A stretch of 35,848 bases of DNA from a virus. Lineage: Duplodnaviria; Caudoviricetes. The stretch lies in IMG/VR virus record IMGVR_UViG_3300049144_000147, positions 1-35,848 of that record; one strand, written 5' to 3'. The notes beneath the pieces are model-generated. The model saw only the letters and a list, made by a program, of their open reading frames with translations, was not told the origin of the DNA and made no database searches. This document shows positions 25,849 to 34,553 of the stretch, in pieces (the first letter of the stretch is position 1; each line of letters opens with the position of its first letter). Position numbers and translations under genes: made by a program.

Positions 25849-26162
25849 GCACCTCGATGAAGCCGACCGTTGGCCGGATCGTCCACTACGTCTCGCACGG
25901 AACGCCGATACGCGAAGACGGATCGCAGGCGTACAACAAGGAGTGCCGGGCGGCGATCGTCACCGTCGTCCACGGCCCCGCCATCAACCCCGCCACCCTC
26001 GAAGACTCGGACATGTGGGACGTGGGCCTGTGCGTCCTGAACCCGACGGGGACGTTCTTCCACGAGCACTGCGTACAGATGGAGCACGCCCGGGATGGCG
26101 GCACCTGGCACTGGCCGGAGCGTGAAACGGAGTCGACCCCGCCCGGGAAGGGCGGGGCCTGA
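25845..26162 (+). CDS. Phage hypothetical protein (KPTVGRIVHY...GGTWHWP)
   Basis: Familiar actinophage sequence pattern; GTGA coupling. Confidence 0.8.
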   Translation: MSTSMKPTVGRIVHYVSHGTPIREDGSQAYNKECRAAIVTVVHGPAINPATLEDSDMWDVGLCVLNPTGTFFHEHCVQMEHARDGGTWHWPERETESTPPGKGGA

Positions 26163-26164
26163 CC

Positions 26165-26425
26165 TCAGCTCCAGCTCACCGTGTCACCGAACCCGAATCT
26201 CTCGGGCTCCTTCGCCAGCCGCAGGAGTTGCGCTTCCGCCCGTTCCCGCTCCGGGAAGATGGTGGCGCCGCTCTCGTCGTACCAGCCGCTCGGTGCCATC
26301 CAGGAGAAGGATCCATCGCTGCGCCGGAAGCTCCATCCGGCGAACCGGCCGAAGCTCCGGGTGACCGGCTGGAAGTCGGCGGCACCTTCCGGGCCGCAGG
26401 CTGCGGGGTTCTCGACGCAGGCCAT
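26165..26425 (-). CDS. Hypothetical protein
   Basis: ATG 1 nt after the upstream stop. Confidence 0.7.
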   Translation of the reverse strand: MACVENPAACGPEGAADFQPVTRSFGRFAGWSFRRSDGSFSWMAPSGWYDESGATIFPERERAEAQLLRLAKEPERFGFGDTVSWS

Positions 26426-26426
26426 G

Positions 26427-26837
26427 TCAGTTGAACATGGACGGGATCTGGGTGTACTTGGCCGGTATCCAGCCCTGGTACAGGGGGCCCCAGCCACCCT
26501 TGCCCGTCGTGATCTGCTTGACCTCGATGAGCTGGCCGTCGCCGTTCTTGCCCGGCTTCTTGCCGCCCAGCCACTCGAACTGGTCCTCGGCGCCGAGACC
26601 GGAGCCGGTGCGGTTGCCGTTCTCGTCGCGGAAGGTCACGGCCACGGTGGTGGCGGAGATGGTTCCGGTGCCCTGGCGGATCGTCTCGTCCGGCGCGGTC
26701 TTGACGACAGCGCAGCCCCAGACGGTCATCTCCTGTCCGGAAGGACAGTCACTGGCGGCCACCCCCACACCGAGAGTCGCGCTTCCGGCGAGAACGGCGG
26801 TGGCGGCGGCCTTGGCGGCAGCAGTCTCGAAAATCAT
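26427..26837 (-). CDS. Secreted protein with signal peptide, possible SH3b-like domain
   Basis: RBS GAAAGGAG; Ala-rich signal ending VAA; C-terminal GW...GWIPAKY. Confidence 0.75.
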   Translation of the reverse strand: MIFETAAAKAAATAVLAGSATLGVGVAASDCPSGQEMTVWGCAVVKTAPDETIRQGTGTISATTVAVTFRDENGNRTGSGLGAEDQFEWLGGKKPGKNGDGQLIEVKQITTGKGGWGPLYQGWIPAKYTQIPSMFN

Positions 26838-26890
26838 CCCTTGGGTTCTCCTTTCCGATGGGGCGTGCGCCCCTTTTAAGAGAACCACAT

Positions 26891-26900
26891 GACCTAGGCC
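26891..26900. promoter_or_regulatory. GACCTAGGCC, 1-mismatch copy of the palindrome
   Basis: Lies in a divergent intergenic region. Confidence 0.5.
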
Positions 26901-26929
26901 ATTCGCAACCCTCGTCGAAAGGTGAAGCC

Positions 26930-27157
26930 GTGGACATCGTCCCCGTCTCGACTGTGACCCTGGACCGCGCCTGCCTGCGGCGTGAAGAGCTGGCCCGGCT
27001 GGTCGATCCGAGCACCCCGGAAGAGGCCATAGCCCCGTGCGGCCAGTGCGAGCCCTGCCGTCGAGTGGCCATGCTTCACCTGGCTTCCTACGCACTGAAA
27101 GAGGAGGACCCCAAGGGGGCCCTCCTCGATCTGCTCAGCAAGCTGGGTCTGCGTTAG
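26930..27157 (+). CDS. Hypothetical protein (PCGQCEPC)
   Basis: RBS AAAGGTG. Confidence 0.7.
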   Translation: MDIVPVSTVTLDRACLRREELARLVDPSTPEEAIAPCGQCEPCRRVAMLHLASYALKEEDPKGALLDLLSKLGLR

Positions 27158-27537
27158 GCGTGCGACTCCTCCAGCAGCAGGTGACCCAGGATCTCTTCGG
27201 CTTGCAGCCGGTCCATCCCATTCAGGGCCTGCGATGCGAGAAGGATCCTTTCGCAGGTCTCCACACTCGTCCAGCGTGTACGCGCGAGGGCGGAGAGGCC
27301 GTCCACGGCTTCCAGGATCTCCTCGAACGTGGCGTCGCGTCGGCGAAGGACCGCCATCACGCGACGCGTGTACGCCTGCGCATGCCCGTGACGGACCGAG
27401 CCGTCATCCTGGGCCCCTCGCGGGCAGGCGTCGGCGTGGGTGACGTCCCAGCCGGAACGCCCCCTGCGCAGGGTTCCTTCACCGGCCGGAACAGTTCCCT
27501 GGCAGATGCTGCACGGTTCCGGGTACATGTTCCTCAT
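27154..27537 (-). CDS. Hypothetical protein (CxxC...HxxxC)
   Basis: CACTCT 7 nt before the ATG. Confidence 0.7.
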   Translation of the reverse strand: MRNMYPEPCSICQGTVPAGEGTLRRGRSGWDVTHADACPRGAQDDGSVRHGHAQAYTRRVMAVLRRRDATFEEILEAVDGLSALARTRWTSVETCERILLASQALNGMDRLQAEEILGHLLLEESHA

Positions 27538-27669
27538 GTTTTCAAGAGTGGCACAGAGTGCGCGGAAATGAAAGTTGGATAGTAGCCACGAAGTTCACGA
27601 CCCCTAGCACTCCTGACGCCAGACCCACATCGGGGGCACAGGTTCCCCATTAAATGCTTGCAACACGCC

Positions 27670-27920
27670 ATCTATCTTCTTACCCCGCGAAGGTAAGAGA
27701 TCACTTCAGACTCTGCCGGATTGGCTCAAACGGGGTACATGTTGCGACTCATCTGACGTACTTGACACGGGCGTTGGCACACCAGTCCAGGCGGGGTCAG
27801 CCGAACCCCCATGAGGAAAGGCCCGGCGGCATATGCGCGCGCGGGCCTTCTCTGACGATTCCTCAGCCCCTGGAAGTGGAGACCGGTCCGCCCTGTGCCG
27901 ACCGGGATGGGGCTCCATCA
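27670..27920 (+). ncRNA. Candidate structured RNA or leader upstream of the terminase
   Basis: Nested helices CCAGG/CCTGG, TGAGGAA/TTCCTCA, AAGGCCCG/CGGGCCTT, TGGAG/CTCCA, CCGGTC/GACCGG, TCTTACC/GGTAAGA. Confidence 0.35.
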
Positions 27921-27980
27921 GGTTACCGAAAACCCACCGCCATAAGGAATGCTGTACCTGTCGTACGAGAAAGGGGCGGC

Positions 27981-30350
27981 ATGTCCTCACAGGAAGAGCG
28001 GATCGCCACGGATGCCGAAGCCTACTTCAGGAATCAGGCACGACAGGCGGGCTGGGTAAACGATCCTGCGGGCTGGGCCAAGGACGTTCTGGGGGTTCAC
28101 CTTTGGAGTAAGCAGCGCGAGATCTGCGACTCGCTCATCCACAACAAGCGGACCGTGGTGGCCTCGTGTCACGGCACCGGGAAGGCGCTTGGCCTCGACG
28201 AACTCGTGCACACCCCCGACGGACCTGTGCCCATGGGCGAGATACGCGAGGGCATGACGGTGCTCGGTGCCGACGGCAAGCCGGTGACGGTGGTGGCCAC
28301 GACCGGAAAGCACACGGCCGAGTCGTACCGAGTGCGCCTGGAACGTGGTGGGATGGTCGAGGAAATCGTCGCATCTGGCGACCACGTCTGGCCGGTTCTT
28401 CCTCTTCAGGTTTTGGCGGAGATCCAGATCAAGTCCGACCGCGCAGGTGTGCCGGTGGAGACGGGTCTGTGGCATCACCGTGCGCAGAATCTGACGACGA
28501 AGGAGCTGGCCCGCCTGCAAGGGGTGGCTGTCATACCGGGGCAGGTTCCGCAGATCCTCCCTCGCGGAGTGGACTGGGATCCCGGAACCTCGGTGGACCC
28601 TTCGCTGCGAGAGCGGACCGCCCTCGATCCGTTCGGCCGGACTGCCCTGCTGTGGAAGACGCGCAGTGACGAGCCGGAGGAGATCGCATCTATCCGGGAT
28701 CGCATGCGCTCGATCGGCGTGCACACGATCTACCACCGCGAGCGGAAGTACGGAACGACGTTTCGGCATCTGGCTCTCATGGGGACTCACGCGCCTGATC
28801 TGCTTCCGGATCCCAACGTCCGGGCCATCGCGCTGTCGCACCTGCTGAGCAGGCAGGGGAGCTGGGGCGACGACGGCTGGAGAATCGTTTCGGTGAAGCC
28901 TATCGGGCCCCGGGAGGTGCAGTGCATCCAGGTCGATTCCCCTGATCACCTCTACCTCTGCGGCAAGAGCGGGATCCCGACTCACAACTCGATGATCGCC
29001 TCCGTTCTCGCCTGCTGGTGGGTGTCCACCAAGCCGCCCGGTCACGCCATCGTGGTGAGCACCGCACCGACATATGCCCAGGTCAACAAGATTCTCTGGG
29101 AGGAGATCCGCAAGCATCACTCCAACTCGCAGCGCGGCCAGTACCCCATGCCGGGCCGGGTGACGCAGGCGGACGAATGGAAGCTGGCCGACGGTCAGAT
29201 CGTCGGCTTCGGGCGGAAGCCAGCGAAGGGTGACCGGCACTCCTTCCATGGCATCCACAGGCGATACGTTCTGGTGCTGCTGGATGAGGCGTGCGGCATC
29301 CCCGAGGAGATCTGGACCGGTGTCGAGGCCATCACCACGAACGTCGGCTGCCGGATCCTGGCCATCGGAAACCCGGACGACCGCAACACCGAGTTCGGCA
29401 AGAATTTCCTGGAGCCACGCACCGCACACCTGTGGAACCGGATCTCGATCCCGGCGTCGACCACGCCGAACTTCACGGGTGAGCCGGTGCCCAAGCTCCT
29501 GAACGAAGTGCTCATCTCCCGGGACTGGGCTGAGGAGCGCCTGGCCGACTGGGGAGAGAAGGACCCTCGCTACATCTCGAAGATCGACGCCCGATTCCCC
29601 GAGCAGAGCCAGTCATCGCTGTTCGCCCCCTCACTCATCGCCGACGCAGTCGACGAACCCCCCACCCCCGCGAAGTACTCGATCCTGCGTCTCGGTGTGG
29701 ACGTCGCACGCTTCGGATCCGACAAGACAGTGGTCGCCTCCTACTCGGGCGTGACGGCACAGATCGAGGAGTCGTGGTCGGGAACCGACACGGTGTCCTC
29801 GGCGTACAAGGTGCTCGACATCGCCGAACGGCTCAAGGAGGAGCGCAAGGCGCCCTGGGTGGAAATCCGGGTGGACGGCGTCGGTCTGGGTGCGGGTGTC
29901 ATCGACACACTGAACGCGCGCGCAGCCCTGCTGCCGCAGCCCTGGTTCACGGTGTACGAGATGCATGGCTCGGCAGCCCCTCCGGCGGACGTCGGCGGCT
30001 CGGTGTACGGCTACTACAACGCGCGCGCCTACTGGTTCGACCAGCTCCGGCAGAAGATGCGGAACTCCTCGGTGAAGCTCATCGACCCGGATGAGTTGAT
30101 CTCCGACGACCTGAAGATGGTCTTCTACTCCGTCCGCAACGGCCGCCTGCTCATCGCCTCGAAGGAGGAGATGCGCAAGGAGTACGGTCGCTCGCCCGAC
30201 CTCGCCGATGCCGTCGCCTACGCCACGGCCCCTGTGGCGGACGGCCTCCAGCAGGGCGACATCGTCGCCGAGACGGCCGAGGAGGTGGCGGGCATGTACG
30301 GCGAGGATGCGTGGCTGATGGATCCGGAGACGGTGATCGCACCGTACTGA
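27981..30350 (+). CDS. terL: Terminase large subunit, intein-containing (789-aa precursor, ~521 aa after splicing)
   Basis: RBS GAAAGGGG; Walker A SCHGTGK|S, Walker B VLLDEA, GNP, nuclease LGVDVARFGSD and SPDLADA. Confidence 0.95.
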   Translation: MSSQEERIATDAEAYFRNQARQAGWVNDPAGWAKDVLGVHLWSKQREICDSLIHNKRTVVASCHGTGKALGLDELVHTPDGPVPMGEIREGMTVLGADGKPVTVVATTGKHTAESYRVRLERGGMVEEIVASGDHVWPVLPLQVLAEIQIKSDRAGVPVETGLWHHRAQNLTTKELARLQGVAVIPGQVPQILPRGVDWDPGTSVDPSLRERTALDPFGRTALLWKTRSDEPEEIASIRDRMRSIGVHTIYHRERKYGTTFRHLALMGTHAPDLLPDPNVRAIALSHLLSRQGSWGDDGWRIVSVKPIGPREVQCIQVDSPDHLYLCGKSGIPTHNSMIASVLACWWVSTKPPGHAIVVSTAPTYAQVNKILWEEIRKHHSNSQRGQYPMPGRVTQADEWKLADGQIVGFGRKPAKGDRHSFHGIHRRYVLVLLDEACGIPEEIWTGVEAITTNVGCRILAIGNPDDRNTEFGKNFLEPRTAHLWNRISIPASTTPNFTGEPVPKLLNEVLISRDWAEERLADWGEKDPRYISKIDARFPEQSQSSLFAPSLIADAVDEPPTPAKYSILRLGVDVARFGSDKTVVASYSGVTAQIEESWSGTDTVSSAYKVLDIAERLKEERKAPWVEIRVDGVGLGAGVIDTLNARAALLPQPWFTVYEMHGSAAPPADVGGSVYGYYNARAYWFDQLRQKMRNSSVKLIDPDELISDDLKMVFYSVRNGRLLIASKEEMRKEYGRSPDLADAVAYATAPVADGLQQGDIVAETAEEVAGMYGEDAWLMDPETVIAPY
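28185..28988 (+). mobile_element. Class 3-type intein (268 aa, Ala1), no intact homing endonuclease evident
   Basis: ALGLDELVHTPDG...ASGDHVW...VQCIQV...IPTHN/S; Trp-Cys-Thr signature. Confidence 0.9.
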
Positions 30351-30429
30351 ACCCTGGATTTCCCGCATGCACCTTCAAGGCAACTTCACTTTCACGCACC
30401 CGCCCCGCGCGGAACTCAAGGAGGACACC

Positions 30430-30885
30430 GTGCCTGAGACTCAGACCTGCCCTCGGCGCATGAACGAGATGGGGCCCTGGGAGCACGAAGAGGGTCAGGA
30501 CTTCTGGCGCGAGGACGACCGGGACCCGGAGGAGATCGACCGCCCAGACCCGGGTCCGTGCTGTTCGTTCTGCGGGTCACTCCATCCCGAGAGGTTCCTG
30601 GAGCTGATCGCCGAAGGCTGGACGGTGGAGCCCACCGACAAGACGTACAAGGCGTATCTGTCTTTGACGCTGGACCGGCCCAGGGGCGACGTCGATCCCG
30701 ACGCTCCTCTGTCGGTGGCCTTCTTCGGCGGTCGCACCAAGTTCTACTACCAGCACTTCACCGAGGAGCAGATGCAGCGATTCGTCGACCTCTACAACGA
30801 CAACACGATGCGCCTGGGGCGTCCCGGCTACTTCTACCGGATGCCGTTCTTCATGGCCACCGGCAGGGCCGACAGCGAGACGTGA
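30430..30885 (+). CDS. Hypothetical protein (CSFCGSLHP)
   Basis: RBS AAGGAGG before GTG. Confidence 0.85.
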   Translation: MPETQTCPRRMNEMGPWEHEEGQDFWREDDRDPEEIDRPDPGPCCSFCGSLHPERFLELIAEGWTVEPTDKTYKAYLSLTLDRPRGDVDPDAPLSVAFFGGRTKFYYQHFTEEQMQRFVDLYNDNTMRLGRPGYFYRMPFFMATGRADSET

Positions 30886-30898
30886 CCAGGGGGGCGCC

Positions 30899-31150
30899 GT
30901 GTACGACAGGTCTGAAGCGGCTCTGCGCCGGATCGTCGCCAGGGCCCGAGAAGGCGGCCCCGCAGGGCGTGCATACGTGGAGCTGGCGATGACACTGATG
31001 CGGTCGGCCCCCGCGTCTCCGTTGCGGGACCGGGCTCTCATGCGCCTCGCGGATTCGTGTGACGACGCGATGCCGTTGCTGGAAAAGACGGGACAACTTC
31101 CTGAGCGAACCCAGCCTGACGCCTCTTCCCGTCGCCAAATAGGCCGTTAA
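30899..31150 (+). CDS. Hypothetical protein
   Basis: ORF track; fills the gap before the portal gene. Confidence 0.55.
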   Translation: MYDRSEAALRRIVARAREGGPAGRAYVELAMTLMRSAPASPLRDRALMRLADSCDDAMPLLEKTGQLPERTQPDASSRRQIGR

Positions 31151-31159
31151 AGTGATCGC

Positions 31160-32884
31160 ATGCAGATCCAGAAGCCCGTTGAGGAGATGTCGCTCACGGA
31201 AATCCAGACCTTCGTGGCGAATCTCGAAGCTCGCAATGAAGAACTTACGGGACTTGTGAGTGAAGAAATGCGTGAGGCCGGGGAGTTCGGCCGAGCGCAG
31301 CTCGCCTTGGAGGACATCGGCTGGCGTCCGCTGATGGGCCTGGCGGACAACGCCAACTCCTTCACGCTGGATGCTCTGCATCACGCGAGCGACCTGTGCC
31401 GGGCCGTTGCCACGGTCAATCCTCTGGTCGGTCGCGGCCTCCGGGTGCGCACTGGATACATCTGGGGGTCCGGTGTATCGGTGGTTCCGAAGGAGTTCAT
31501 CCAGGGGCCCGGCCGACCGAGGACGGTGAACCTGGAACCTGAACTCCCCGAAGGTATCGATGAGGTTCTGACCGGAACGCTCGCGCAGCTCGAACTCGAA
31601 AGAAGTTCGGGCACCGACGGGAACCTCTTCTTCCTCGTCGACCGCCGGACGAAGGAGGTCCAGCGCATACCCTTCGAGGAGATAACCGAAGGGGTGTCGC
31701 AACGAGGCAACCGAGAGCGGCTGATGTACATCCGCCGCACCTGGAACGACTGGGACCTGGAACTCGACTTCGGCAACGACATCGAGCTGAACCCCATCAC
31801 TTCCCCGAAGGCCGCTGCTCGGGGCCGTAGTTGGATGCGCGCCGACCGTGAGGGTGATTCTGCCGGGGCGGCGAAGTTCTCCTTCCGGGACTGCTGGTAT
31901 CCGACTCCGGCCGGTTTGCGTGCCATGGGTCGCAGTCGGGGGGCGGCCAACATCGCGGGCGATCCGGTCGACAACTCGAAAGTCCTCGTGCACGTTCCTT
32001 TCAACCGACTGACCGGCTGGCGCTGGGGAATCCCCGACGTACTGCCCGCCGTGTGGTGGACCAAGGCGTACAAGGAGTTTCTGGAGAACTCTGCGACCCT
32101 CACCAAGGCGTACGCGCGGTTCGCCTGGAAGGTCACCTCCGACAAGTCGAGGTCGGTACGCCGTACGGCCGCAGCCATCTCGCAGGCCCCTCGCATGGAC
32201 CCGGCCACCGGAGCCCCGCTCAACGTCGGCGCCTCGGCCGTCCTGGGCGCCGGACAGGATCTGTCGGCCGTCGGCGGCAACAGCAAGGTGGACTTCGACT
32301 CCGGCCGCCCGCTCGCGGCGATGATCGCGTCCGCTCTGGACGTCCCCCTTCCTGCTCTTCTGGAAGACCCGTCCATCGCGAACAATGCGGCGGCCACCTC
32401 GCTCGACACGTCCACCATTCTGGTGATGCAGGCCCGCCAGAAAGTCATGGACGACATGTTCCGCCAGATCTTCAAGGTGCTTGGCCTGAAGGTGCGTTTG
32501 CGTTGGCCGGAGATTTCCGAGGAGCCGGTTCACCGTCGCATGCAGGCTCTCGACATGGCAATCCGTCTGGGACTGGTGTCGGCCGACGAAGCGCGCGCTA
32601 TGGTGCTCGATGCGTGGCACGACAAGTGGGAAGACTTCGATCGACGCGCCCCGATGCTCGACAAACTTCCCCATGTGGCCGGAGGAACAGCCCAGGGAAC
32701 TGCGGAACCCGCTTCGTCGACAACTCCTCAGAAAACTCCGTCCAATTCCGGGGAAACTGGCACCGGAGGCACGGGCGGTCCGGGCGCACCTGCACCTCTG
32801 AAGGCGGGAAACTCCCGCTCAACTGCCGCCCCGAAGCAGCCGGATCCGATGTCCTACGCAGACCACGAACTGCGTGATGAGTGA
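31160..32884 (+). CDS. Portal protein
   Basis: Position after TerL, size 574 aa, DGNLFF and FNR..GWRWGIPD motifs, low-complexity C-terminal tail. Confidence 0.85.
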   Translation: MQIQKPVEEMSLTEIQTFVANLEARNEELTGLVSEEMREAGEFGRAQLALEDIGWRPLMGLADNANSFTLDALHHASDLCRAVATVNPLVGRGLRVRTGYIWGSGVSVVPKEFIQGPGRPRTVNLEPELPEGIDEVLTGTLAQLELERSSGTDGNLFFLVDRRTKEVQRIPFEEITEGVSQRGNRERLMYIRRTWNDWDLELDFGNDIELNPITSPKAAARGRSWMRADREGDSAGAAKFSFRDCWYPTPAGLRAMGRSRGAANIAGDPVDNSKVLVHVPFNRLTGWRWGIPDVLPAVWWTKAYKEFLENSATLTKAYARFAWKVTSDKSRSVRRTAAAISQAPRMDPATGAPLNVGASAVLGAGQDLSAVGGNSKVDFDSGRPLAAMIASALDVPLPALLEDPSIANNAAATSLDTSTILVMQARQKVMDDMFRQIFKVLGLKVRLRWPEISEEPVHRRMQALDMAIRLGLVSADEARAMVLDAWHDKWEDFDRRAPMLDKLPHVAGGTAQGTAEPASSTTPQKTPSNSGETGTGGTGGPGAPAPLKAGNSRSTAAPKQPDPMSYADHELRDE

Positions 32885-32962
32885 AATTCTTCCCATCCCG
32901 TTGGGACTTTTGGCCACTAGTGCTATTAGTGTGTGCCTCGTCGTTGATCAGCGAGGGGGCGT

Positions 32963-34051
32963 ATGAACCAGGAAACGCTGCGGGAATCCGCAACTCTTTC
33001 CTCGGTGGATGCTCAGACCGCCGGTAAGGGGATCTGGCGTTCCCTCCTCATCGCCGCCGACGTTCAGGGCAGCAGCGGCTACTACCCCGCTGAGGTTCTG
33101 GAGCGCGATGGTTCCAAGGCTTTCCCCGCTGGAACGCATGTCTACTTCGACCACCCGACAGGGGCGGAAGAGGAGGAGCGCCCGGAGCGCAGCGTCCGGG
33201 ACATCGCGGGATACCTGCTCGACGATGCGGCTTTCGAGGAGGGTCCGGAAGGAAGAGGTCTCTTCTCCCGGATCCAGTTCACCGAGAGTGCCAAGTCTCT
33301 TGTCCAGGATCTCAAGACGGTCATCGGTCTCTCGATTCGAGCCGCTGGCCAGATCGAGGAAACACCCTCGGGGCGAATAGTTCGCCAGATCTCCGAGGGC
33401 CTTTCCGTTGACCTCGTCACCCGCGCTGGAGCGGGAGGAAGGCTCGTCACCATGACTGAGTCGGCCGCGCCGGAGTCCCCTCCGGCCGAGCAGACCGTGG
33501 CCCCCGTCGCTCAGGCGACCCAGGCCGCGATCCCGTCCACCATCGGAAGCGGCGCCCTCGTCAGTGAGGTCGGCGCCCTCAAGGAGTCCGTCTCCGACCG
33601 TCTCGACCAGCTCTCGGTCGACGTGACGCGCATGGCCGCCCAGCTCAAGGAGGCCCAGCGTGAGTCGGAGAAGCAGGCGCGTGAGAACGCCAAGCTCGCC
33701 GAGGCCATCTCCTTCCTGAAGGAGCGCGCCGAGACGTCCGAGGCCAAGATGTCCGAGGCCAAGAACGTCGGCCAGGTCATCGCCGAACTCCTCGAAGCCA
33801 AGCTGCCGATCCCCTCGATGATTCGCCTGGCGCAGACCTACCGCCCGGACCAGGATCTGCACGAGTCGATCAACCACGAGCGCGAGTACCTGAAGAAGGT
33901 CATGCGCGAGTCGGAGCGCGGCGCCCTCGCGGCCGACCGCGAGTCCTCGTCGAACCTCGGCCTGACCGAGTCGGCTTCCTCGTTCTCCTCGTCGTCGTCC
34001 GACAGCGACCTCGCCGAGATCCGCGACCTGCTGAAGGGAGGCGCGTACTAA
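32963..34051 (+). CDS. Capsid maturation protease / scaffold fusion
   Basis: GSSGYYPAEVL..., VYFDHP, GLSI, SVDLVT protease-like N-terminal domain; coiled-coil C-terminal half; synteny. Confidence 0.8.
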   Translation: MNQETLRESATLSSVDAQTAGKGIWRSLLIAADVQGSSGYYPAEVLERDGSKAFPAGTHVYFDHPTGAEEEERPERSVRDIAGYLLDDAAFEEGPEGRGLFSRIQFTESAKSLVQDLKTVIGLSIRAAGQIEETPSGRIVRQISEGLSVDLVTRAGAGGRLVTMTESAAPESPPAEQTVAPVAQATQAAIPSTIGSGALVSEVGALKESVSDRLDQLSVDVTRMAAQLKEAQRESEKQARENAKLAEAISFLKERAETSEAKMSEAKNVGQVIAELLEAKLPIPSMIRLAQTYRPDQDLHESINHEREYLKKVMRESERGALAADRESSSNLGLTESASSFSSSSSDSDLAEIRDLLKGGAY

Positions 34052-34536
34052 TGGCCACCAACGAGGTCTTCAAGTACGGGCAGTGGATTTCCCTTCCGCT
34101 CCCCCTGCGCGGCAACGACCCGACGAAGAACGACGACCCGACCCTGAACGGCGACCCCGTCAAGATCGGTTCCATCGTCGGCTTCGCGCAGGAGGTCGGC
34201 GGCAAGCCGGTCACCTACTCGACCGGCATGACCACGGTCACCACGTCGCGCAACACGGCGAACTCGCTCCAGCCGGGCTGGGCCTCCGTCGCACTCGTCG
34301 GCGCCTTCGCCTACCCGGTGACCGGGTGGGACCCGGAGACCATGGGCTCCGGCACCCCGGTCTACATCGTGGCGGCGTCCGGTTCGACCCGGGCCACGCT
34401 GACCACCGCCGCCAACGCCGACCCGTTCGGCGTGATCGTCGGTCAGATGACCGACGGCACCCCCATCGTCAACGTCGTTCAGCCCGTCCCGGGCGACGCC
34501 AACGCGGTCCCCGACAAGGCCGCCACCGGATCCTGA
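34051..34536 (+). CDS. Head decoration/cement protein
   Basis: GDPVKIG..VG.A pattern; lies between scaffold and MCP. Confidence 0.7.
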   Translation: MATNEVFKYGQWISLPLPLRGNDPTKNDDPTLNGDPVKIGSIVGFAQEVGGKPVTYSTGMTTVTTSRNTANSLQPGWASVALVGAFAYPVTGWDPETMGSGTPVYIVAASGSTRATLTTAANADPFGVIVGQMTDGTPIVNVVQPVPGDANAVPDKAATGS

Positions 34537-34553
34537 AAGGAGGCTCCTGAGAC

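Noticed and set aside
27654-27980. N-terminal extension of the terminase
   Set aside because: No RBS at 27654; strong RBS at 27981; the extension is not protein-like
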